Part shown: positions 13,001-22,128 of the stretch, piece after piece
Numbering within the stretch: position 1 is the first letter of the stretch
How the letters are laid out: each line of letters begins with the position of its first letter
NCBI GenBank assembly: GCA_001642005.1
Contig: LWCA01000155.1
Location: 1-45,910, forward strand
Length of the DNA: 45,910 nucleotides
Origin: Intoshia linei
Lineage: Eukaryota; Animalia; Orthonectida
Direction of reading: 5' to 3'
The notes under the pieces: generated by a model
What the model saw: only the letters and a program-made list of their open reading frames with translations
Databases searched by the model: none
Told to the model about the DNA's origin: nothing
Translations under genes and position numbers: made by a program

Positions 13001-14980
13001 AATTCTTTCGGTTCAACTTCCGACATAATAAAACACGTTGAAAAGTGTGAAATTTGTATGCGAATTAAAGATGGGAGACGAAAGCGAATTCATGAGTCTA
13101 GATCGGTGATAACCTGAAATGTAAATGAATTGTGGCAATTGGATTTTGCATATCCAATGGTGGAAATACTCAAAGGAATAAGTATTTGTTGCTAATGGTA
13201 GATCCCTACAGTAAATGGCCACAGGTATGGGCAATAGAAAATATGACTACAGAAATGGTAATTACAAAAATCTATGAGAAACTAATTCCGACATACGGGG
13301 TACCCAGACAAATCCATAAGGATAAAGTACGCAATTTAAGTCGGAATAAATCAAGGAACTATGTGACATGTATGGAATAGTAAAAACTGAAAATAGACGA
13401 CATCATCATGAAAAAATTGGTGCGGCGGAAAGATTAAATAGAACTTTAAAAATATTGTTGAGTGAAAACGGTTGAAAGATTTGACAATATATGGGAAAAT
13501 TATATTTCCGAAGTTTTTTTGACCGTGAAGGCGTCACTTATTTAGATTAAATTAAATTTTGTGTGTTAACATTGGTCATTTTTTGCATCTATTGAGACGA
13601 TGACACTTTTAAAATTGTAAATTAGTTAACAGGTTAATTGTAATAATTTGAATCAGAAGAATCACAACCTTGCCTAACGTAATCAATGAAAATTGAATCA
13701 GTGTTGTATCAATGGTTTCAACGTTAACGGATATTAAATATTTTGAAAGAAAAGGCGCTAGAAATAGCCAGTTTTTTGAATTTGAACGATTTGAAGCCTC
13801 TACTGGTTGTTTAAATTCTTTTTTTAACCAGAAATTCCATTAAATCAAAAAAAAATGTAGGAGAAGTATTCGGAATCGGCATATTTGAAAATTTAGGAAT
13901 TTTGTTAATTTTTCAGCGTGATGTATATAATAAATGTGATAAATATACGCCAATTTTAACTCACAAATGTCGATTTGATTATTTTCAATAAATCATTCTT
14001 CCTATTGGTAAACCTAAACTGCATAAGGCCCTTTTATTTGGTTGATCCAACCTTATGTGGCTCTAATTGGTAACTTAAATGTAAATGTATCTATTAATAA
14101 AATCTAAATAAATGTACTCGAAAATAACCCGTTATATAGCGTGGAGTCCACGCCGTGGGTCCCTTTAAGTAACACTGTTTTTGTACAGTAAACCTAAATT
14201 ATGTTAAAAATAATTGTACAAAATCAAATGCATGTCTCAAAAAAATGTTAAAATGTGCCAAACTTGAAAATTCGAAAGCCTGATTTCTACAAATAAATTA
14301 CATATAATTTGGAGGTTAATATCATTTTAATTTCTGGTATATTTACATTAGGTAAATTATAAATAAGTAAAATACAATCCGATGCTTCGCCATATTTATT
14401 CTAAACTTCTATTTAAAAAGTAAAAGTTGAATAAAGATTTTACATTGTGTAAATTTAACTCGTAACATTACCTCAATAATATAGAATTCAGAAAGAGTCA
14501 TAGAAGCATAAAAACCATAAATTAATAGATCGGAATCCATATCCTTTAATAAATCAGATTAAAAAATATTTTAAAAAATATTTATACTATATGGCTAACA
14601 GTTTTCTAAAATATAAAATTACACATAACTAAAAAAACACGAAATATAATTACATTGATGCATTCGATAAGATAATCGATCGAATAAATAGTTGTATCAG
14701 TATGTTGAAGAAATATATTGGCCAATTTACAGTTTACGTACAATTTAATTAAGACGTAACGTTGCATTAATGTATCAATGTGATTTCGATTATGGTTGGA
14801 ATTTGTTTCAATAGAGTTAATTACATTATCTATGTGATTTAAAATGTCTGTACAAATGTATAAAGCACATTCATAAAAAACTAATGCTACATTAAACTTC
14901 TTTTGAGAAATGTTTAATTCCGCCAGCAGCATGAAATGCTCCAAATCCAATGAATTTTGTGGGTTTAAAAGATTTTGCAT
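10036..14980 (-). CDS. MAU2: MAU2/SCC4-like TPR cohesin-loader subunit (multi-exon; 3' part not located)
   Basis: Colinear similarity, from memory, to MAU2 across exons: LLAE..KLANIFLQHT..DYL (14980-14653), FYASMTLSEFY (~14472-14544), KISYLTQNVDNCCYWISNGVKFAK (12615-12740), FHYLIKAIHIYYKGN (11405-11569), ISWMTLPEIYSNVSL (~10675-10729), ITTCYCLLKGNPKNA (~10230-10320), LQLVCVENRFLTNLHYGNVKEA (10036-10139). Exons have GT-AG boundaries. Confidence 0.6.
11265..11351 (-). ncRNA. Candidate short U1-like Sm-class RNA
   Basis: UUUACUUGCCUGGAG 5' end (14/15 identical to the local U1), hairpin AGUCUAG/UUGGACU, Sm-like AAUUUCUUG, imperfect 3' hairpin. Confidence 0.35.
11870..12470 (+). repeat. Dispersed repeat family A (non-autonomous DNA element), copy in MAU2 intron
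   Basis: Colinear with 25197-25790; partial copies at 37680-38130 (inverted), 42570-42745 and 44130-44310. Confidence 0.85.
12790..13510 (+). mobile_element. Decayed gypsy integrase fragment in MAU2 intron
   Basis: GNKYLLLMVDPYSKWPQVWAI..LIPTYGVPRQIHKD..GAAERLNRTLK. Confidence 0.75.
13670..14180 (+). mobile_element. pogo/Tigger transposase remnant (CENP-B-type HTH)
   Basis: IESVLYQWF...LKEKALEIASFL..F-ASTGCLNSF matches the L..WF...I.EKA...F.AS.GWL pattern; TIR-like end near 14130-14180. Confidence 0.65.
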
Positions 14981-15285
14981 CGATTTACCAAATAAATAAA
15001 ATTTTGAGTTTTAGAGTTTTAAGTTATAAATAAATGTAAGCTTGTTGTAGAAAACTACCAACTATAGTTAATCATTTTATGAATATCAGTTGTCATTGAC
15101 AAATGTAATCGTAGTAAAATGACATTTTATGTATATTTACTATAGTACCCATATCTATGTATTTTTGAAAAATGGCAACACTGTTTCAGATATATTTCTA
15201 TTCAAAGATTGACGTTTCATTTTAACAAATTAAAAAGTAATTTCATTGTTAATTCAAAATTTCTTTATATTATTTTATTTTAGTT

Positions 15286-17769
15286 ATGGATAATTCAAAT
15301 GTTGGTTTAGAAATAGATTATACTAATTCTTATAGTAATTATAGTGTTTTTTAATTTTGAGAATTTTCTGGTTATTTTTAAAGTGTTGTCATAGTTTTAT
15401 GTGATAACTGAATATTATTTGTTTGTGTGGTTTATGCTATTAATAATTGATAAAATTTGTGCTTTTACAAAAATAATTTTCAAAAATTTGCAACAATTCC
15501 ATGAACCATTAAAAAATTTTTAAATTTTAGATCTAGTTTACTAGTCATTATCACATTTTATAATAACCTTTCAATTCATTGTTTTATATAAATTACAAAA
15601 AATGTAGACGAAGAAGGTGCCACGACGAATGGTTTTTATATTTTTATAGGAATCATTGATTTTAATTGTACTTTAAGAGTATGCCCGTGAAGAGGATAAT
15701 GGTCTCGAGCAAGTAACTTACAATATACGACTATTAATCAGTGAAACAGTATAATTTCACATTTATAATTTTACCCAATATTTTAGTTTGCTGGAGGTCT
15801 CATTGGAAAAGCTGGAGAAAATATTAAAAGACTCCGAATTGACGTATGTTCTTATTTTTAATGTTAAATTCAACATATATATCTTACCAAACAACCTTTC
15901 TAATGTAACCCATCTATCTTAGTATAATTCAACCATTCTACTTTCAAATAGCCCAAGCCCTGAACGGTAATCATTTTATATTGGCGAACCCATGAATGTC
16001 CCAAATCTATTCAAACAACGCCAACTGTTTGTATAATCAATATGAGCACCATCTCTCTCTTGCTAATTTGTCATAATTTAGAATTGTTACAATTAAAACA
16101 GAGTCTGATAAATTAAAAGATTTATTTTATGAAATTATACCTTACGTTAATGGGGTAATGTTTATTATTAAATTTGTTTTATAAATGTTTAGAACAAATC
16201 CCAAAGTTATATAATTAGTTTATTAATCCATCAAAGTCTAGCTGGTGGAATTATTGGTTCTGGTGGAAAGAATATACAAGAATTGAGATCAGTATTTATA
16301 TTTTAAATTTTTGTTTTATTTGAAAATATTAGATTACAAAAGCGAATATTAAAGTTTTTTCTGACTGTTGTCCAGGGTCCACTGAGAGAATTGTACAGGT
16401 TAGTGGAGATCTCGATTGTGTTGTTGATGCTGGTTGTCGAGTTGTAGATAAAGCGTTTACTGTAATTTTTTTCTTAATTTTTTGTCCAATGATTACAAAT
16501 TTTAATGAATCCATTCAGTTATTATTTACATTCGTGTGAATATTAACTTTTTAATTGTGAAGGTTATATATGAGATATGAGGACAATATGTAAATCTTTT
16601 ATGAATTTATAATTATTATTTATGTTATTGTTTAGTCGCCTTGTAAAGGAGTTGAACGACTTTATATTCCTTCGAATTTTGATTCTATGTTAGAGGGAGG
16701 ACAACCATCTGCACCTAGAGGTGGTAGAGAGAGGATGGGACGCGAAGATCGACGTAGATCTGGTCCGTATGATAGAAGAGAAGAAAGAAACCAGTACAGT
16801 AAATACGACCATAGAAACAAGGGAATGGACTACATGGAACAACCCGGTTATGAACAACAATATCCATCTAACGTAATTATATTTTATTACACCCAAAATT
16901 GTGGGATATGCAATTATGAAATCATTTGTTAAAATTTTTCATAATGTAAATGGAAAGTTTATGTTTTCTTAATTGAAATATATTAATAAAATAAGTAATT
17001 ATAAATTATATAACAGGTACTATAGATTGAGCCGTGTAGTGTTTCTCTGATTTATATTTTACATGGAATGAATTAATTTTTATAGAAATCACCACTTGAA
17101 ATATTATATCAAAGAGTATATAATTTCATATGTAGGTACCAAGATTATTTGACAATCGATCGTATGAACACCAAACGAGCATTCCATCAGGGGTATTAGT
17201 ATTCATGTTTTTTTCTTATTTTTATTAGTATGCTGGAGCAATCATTGGTAAGGGTGGTGAAAGAATTAATATGGTGCGACATGCCACAAATGCTACTATT
17301 AATATTGGTAATTAATTATAATTTATGAACATGAGAAGAAAACATTTTAAACTAGGGTAATGTTTTCAAATCCAAACTTATTTATTGATTCATATAAACG
17401 GAGTTATTTATGAATCAAAGTATAGTAATTTTTTGTTTATAAGCTTGTTAAATTTTGTCCAATGATTACAAGTTTATATGAATCGATGCAATTATTAATT
17501 ACATTCGTGCAAATAATATCGTCATTGATTGTGAAGGTTATATATGAGATATGAGGACAATTTGTATTTTTTTTATGAATCTATTAAAATATCTTATTTT
17601 TAAATTACTGTTAGATACTCCTGATGATAAATCTAGCGAACGTGTTATTACAATAAGTGGAACAATCGATCAAATTCAAGAAGCAGAAGCAATGTTACAA
17701 GATTTGTAATATTTTTCTAATATTTAATTTTTAAATTCTTTTAGAGTACGAAAGCATGTTAGAGCCTAA
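15286..17769 (+). CDS. HNRNPK: Heterogeneous nuclear ribonucleoprotein K (3 KH domains, ~13 exons; start exon tentative)
   Basis: Spliced translation: KH1 IRLLISET|FAGGLIGKAGENIKRLRID|YNSTILLSNSPSPER; KH2 LLIHQSLAGGIIGSGGKNIQELRS|ITKANIKVFSDCCPGSTERIV; RG/Y-rich linker; KH3 AGAIIGKGGERINMVRH..SSERVITISGTIDQIQEAEAMLQ; stop TAA 17767-17769. Confidence 0.93.
16482..16586 (+). ncRNA. Candidate intronic box C/D snoRNA, copy 1
   Basis: Terminal stem TTGTCC/GGACAA flanking C-like ATGATTA and D-like ATGA; paralogous to 17455-17560. Confidence 0.6.
17455..17560 (+). ncRNA. Candidate intronic box C/D snoRNA, copy 2
   Basis: Same stem and boxes; block attgtgaaggttatatatgagatatgaggacaat identical to copy 1. 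Confidence 0.6.
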
Positions 17770-17838
17770 CATTTATATTTTTACACATGTATTAATTTGT
17801 ATCTTTATGTTTAAGACACATTAAATGTTTATAGGCTA

Positions 17839-20800
17839 TTATGTTACATATTCAATAGGATCTCGATCTAATTCACTGTACAGTATTGATATTCTTGTAT
17901 TTTCTACCATTTTCCGTAATTTTTCCATTAAAACTGTGTTCATGTATATTCTTTCGCAATTTGTGTGTTCTGTTAATATAATACTGGATCCCTTAGATAT
18001 GCTATTGAGTATATCATGGTGTGACATCTCTCCAGTGATCAATAAATCTGCATGAATATCCTTAAAAATAGATGCTCCGGATCCAACACATACGGCAATA
18101 GACTGGATATCTTTTTTATCTACATATATTATTATATGATATATATTAGAGTGGTTCAAATAAAAAATTTTAAAAAGTACTTATGAGTATATTAGGGGTA
18201 TTGGGTAAAAATGACTTGTACAAATTTACAGCATAAAATTAATTATTGCTTTCGCCACATCACCAAAAATTTATTCTCAGTTATTGAATTGTCAAGCCAA
18301 TCATCCAGTGTTGAAAGATGCTTTTTGTTGTTGAAGAATCTATTATCCGACGAAATAAATTTGTCATAAAAATTCATTTTTTTTGTCAAAATGTCATAAT
18401 TTTTTTGAATTTTTTGTTATAAATAAATTGTTTCTAATTATGAGATATTTTATTTTTTTGGAAAATATATATGAAATTTATATCTTTTTTAAAAATTACC
18501 GTCTTAGAATTATAAAGTCCACATTTTAGTTATTTGAGTCAAACTAAATTTCAACCTCCCAAAATCACACCTTATGAGTCAAAACCCCCAATTGTTCTTT
18601 TTTTGAAAATCAAACAAGTTGGAGAATTTAAAAAATATATACGCTAATACGGATTTTAAAAAAATTCATCTTCCGGGCCAAATTAACCTTGTTATTTTAA
18701 TGAAAACACCCCTAGCATTTAAAAAAATATCAATCTGAACAAGTCACGACTTCAGGGTCAAAAAATCATTTTAGTATTCATAACTCGTTTAATTATTCAA
18801 AAAAGACTATTGGGGTTTTGACCGTAATATTTTGAAGGTTAAAATTTATCTTATAATATTTCCTGAAAAAACTGTAATTAAAATATATTAAGTGGACATA
18901 CACACAAATTATGTATTTTTTTACGGTGATAAAAATGTTATATTCTGAAACTAAAGTTTCGGAAACAAAACATGAGCAGTGAAATTATACGACGTTTAAT
19001 TTAATTGTAAAAAAACGGTAACAGATTTCGAAAGTGCAATACTAGAAGGAGATGAAAAACAATAAAACAAAAGCAATGGTCAAAAATAATTAGGTCTAAA
19101 ACACGCAGATAAGTAAGTAAGCAGTTGTATTTTAACAAATAAATAATTGGTTAGATTTTAATGCAATTAAATGTGTTAATAATAATATTTACAAAATAGA
19201 CAAGCGTGTTTTGACTTGTTGCAGTTACTTAGTATCACTTGCAACCTTTGCCTTCTTTGGAATTAAAGTAGCATTAATATGAGGCAAGACACCACCTTGA
19301 CTAATTGTAATATGTTTCATCAAACGATTCAATTCTTCGTCGTTTCTGATGGCCAATTGTAAATGTCTTGGTATGATTCTAGACTTCTTGTTGTCTCGGG
19401 CAGCATTGCCTGCCAATTCCAACACTTCGGCGGCCAAATATTCCATAACAGCTGCCATGTAGACTGGAGCACCTGCACCAATTCGGGGTCCATAGTTTCC
19501 CTTACGAAGGTGTCTGTGAATACGTCCGACTGGAAATTGTAATCCAGCTTTGGATGATCTTGATTTGCTCTTTGTATTTTTAGATTTTCCTGATTTTCCT
19601 CTTCCAGACATTATTGTTTGTATATATGATAAATTGTTAAAAAAAAATTGTGCCTAATTAATTTAATATTTAGTTTATATACAGATATATTGCGCACGCG
19701 CTTCAATTTTTGTTGTTACGTGTATACAAATTGTACAGTAAAATTTTAATAAATTTTTTGCATTACTAAGACAATTTATAATAATTATGTGAAGATATCT
19801 TGGTTTTGATATTACATTCTTTACTTATATAAATTGTAATGTCTGTGTTACCGTTTATTTAAAAATTTGATAGTTGTAAAGTTTAAAAAACCCAATTTAT
19901 AATACAGTTTTTTCCAGAGCGTGTTTATTTCTATTTTGTCTTATCTTAATTTGAGTCCTTCAAGGTCAAAAACGTTTTCTCTTCTGTTTAAACAATAAAT
20001 CAGCACAAAAATTTAATAAAACAAACATTCTGGGATAGTTATCAATCATTATAATTAATGAACCACTGTATTGAAAATTGTAAGGTTCTGATCATTTGGG
20101 GTGTGCGTTTATGAGGCTGAAATTTACGAACATGTTAATGATTTTGAACGCCTCTCAGAATTTATATTTTTTGGCTGATTTTATTTTAAAAAAAAGGGCT
20201 TTCTATAACAAGCAAGCATTTTCACCAATAACCAATACGATCATAAACTAAAATCATCTCATGCATAGCAATCCGAGGTTACAATATTATTAAGGATTAT
20301 AAGCTTAAATGTTACACAATTTCCAAAATGTAGATATATTCATAACTATTACCCTTATTTTTAAGCGAAGTAGCGATTCTAAGTTGCTTAATATTACAAA
20401 TCCTTTTAACACTATCGATAGCACTATTTAATGATATTGACTCATTCAAGTGTGCAGAACGTCCATGTGTACCATCCTAAAAAAGTTATACATTTATTGA
20501 AAAAAATCCTTACAAGACTCGGAGATTCCATATTTTCCAATGTTAAAATTCCCTTTAATGAAGAAGATTTAATATCTACATTACATTAAAATACTCGTCA
20601 CATAAATGTACCAAATTTATTCAAAATGTAATCATTTGGTCCGTCGGAAGACGCATCTAAATTGGAATGTGCTGAAAACACGGCAATGTCGTTTTTAATG
20701 CATTTCATGTACATTGCACATTTTTTATCTTGAATCAACAAATTTAAGGGCATTTTATAAAATATTGGTGGGTGATAAGAAAAAATGAAATTACACCTTT

Positions 20801-20996
20801 TACTAATAGCTTCTGTGACAATACTTTCAGTTAAATCTACGGTTACCAATACATTCTTGATTTCAATATTATTATTTGGATTAATTAACAAACCCACATT
20901 ATCCCATTTCATTGCCCAACTCAATGGAAAGCATTTGTGAATTAAGACTCCCAGCTCTTGTACGTTCATTTTTAAGTGTTGGGTTAAATTTTTCAT
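17839..20996 (-). CDS. NIF3L1: NIF3-like protein 1 (YbgI/DUF34 family), 4 exons
   Basis: Exon 1 WDNVGLL, DLTE, YHPPIF, HSNLDA; small exons ~20514-20575 and 20353-20476 ([12 protein letters not shown]); exon 4 17839-18119 [22 protein letters not shown]. Phases match across the 20352-18120 intron. Confidence 0.92.
18240..18355 (+). mobile_element. Small hAT dimerization-domain remnant
   Basis: [21 protein letters not shown]. Confidence 0.4.
19225..19611 (-). CDS. H2A: Histone H2A (intronless, solitary, nested in NIF3L1 intron 3)
   Basis: [61 protein letters not shown]; no C-terminal SQ motif. Confidence 0.98.
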   Translation of the reverse strand: MSGRGKSGKSKNTKSKSRSSKAGLQFPVGRIHRHLRKGNYGPRIGAGAPVYMAAVMEYLAAEVLELAGNAARDNKKSRIIPRHLQLAIRNDEELNRLMKHITISQGGVLPHINATLIPKKAKVASDTK

Positions 20997-21121
20997 TGAT
21001 GTGTTTACACTAATTATTTTTATATTTTCGTTTCATCAATTTTTAAATGTTGCTGTTAAATTCAGAATTTGAATATAAATTTATTATTTTATAAATTACA
21101 GTCAAACATCAATTTAACGTA

Positions 21122-21560
21122 CAGCAACTTTCAAGGGGGGTTTTTAAAATTTTTTTTTTGATCACAGTTTTACACATTCTATGCAACATATACTTAATTA
21201 TTTTTTATTACAGCAATAAAATCAGACACTTATCCAATTCCAATTTTGGACTCCTTTCATGAAATATCTTCTTAATTTCTTTACGCATTCCATTGCCTCT
21301 TCATCATTTAAAAGTACCACTTTACAATCCGATTCAGATGATTCGTTTTCAAAAGTTTGTATAGTCTTTTTTTTCTGCAGACATATTTTCTAAAATCTGT
21401 TTTACTAAATCATCTTCATGGATGTCACAACATACAAAACTATCATCAATTGCCAGGAATGCATCTGCTTTCACAACATTTTCAAAATTATACATAATTT
21501 CAACGTTATCATTAGACTGATCTTATGATATTGCCTGTTCACTATAAGCGGATTTCACTG
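21122..21560 (-). mobile_element. Internally deleted pogo/Tigger-type element
   Basis: TA + CAGTGAAATCCGCTTATAGTGAAC terminus at 21560; acidic C-terminal remnant ..EEAMECVKKLRRYF. Confidence 0.5.
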
Positions 21561-21569
21561 TATTTAAAA

Positions 21570-22051
21570 AATATTGGTTGATAATATATTAAAAATTATT
21601 TTTCATCGGGAATGCGTAGATTCCTCGGGGTTGAACTTTTTAATTTATATTAACTGGAATAACTCTATCAGAATAATCTATTTTTTTAATTTTCGACCGT
21701 TAATTATTTGACATTTTTTGTTTTAATAAAATATTTTGGAAAAAAATATATGATTACTAAACTAATTTTTTGACTGTGAAGTCGTCCGCATCAGCTTTAA
21801 ACTCCGCATCAGCGTATATATTTTTTAAATTCTCCAATTCGTTTGATTTTTCAAAAAAAGGGAAAATTGGGGTTTTTGACCCGTAAGATGTGAGTTTGGG
21901 AGGTTCAAATTTATCTTATTATACGTCATTGAATTAACTGTAATTGAAATGTGACTTTATAAAATTCTAAGACTGTTAGTTATTTCAATAAAGTGGTACA
22001 CACAGATAGACACACAAACAAAAATAGCGTAGTATATTATATAAGTTAGGA
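21570..22051 (-). repeat. Repeat family B, Helitron-like 5' end
   Basis: A|TCCTAACTTATATAATA..CTACGC..TTTGTTTGTGTGTCT at 22051 (minus); same terminus at 10526, 28096, 45782; associated subrepeats ttttgaccgtgaag / ggggttttgaccgtaa also at 13516, 18480-18900, 27600-28730. Confidence 0.6.
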
Positions 22052-22128
22052 TTATTACGGCAATTAACCTTCAAAAATCTGACAATTAGAAAATAGATTA
22101 AAATACAGGTTGAAAATTTATTTATTTG

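Noticed and set aside
16329-16896. Minus-strand ORFs of 61 and 68 aa
   Set aside because: Antisense shadows of hnRNP K exons.
19225-19260. H2A.X assignment
   Set aside because: C-terminus ends ASDTK, with no SQ(E/D)-hydrophobic motif.
20188-20202. AAAAAGGGCTT resembling the U11 snRNA 5' end
   Set aside because: No downstream U11 stems or Sm site on the + strand.
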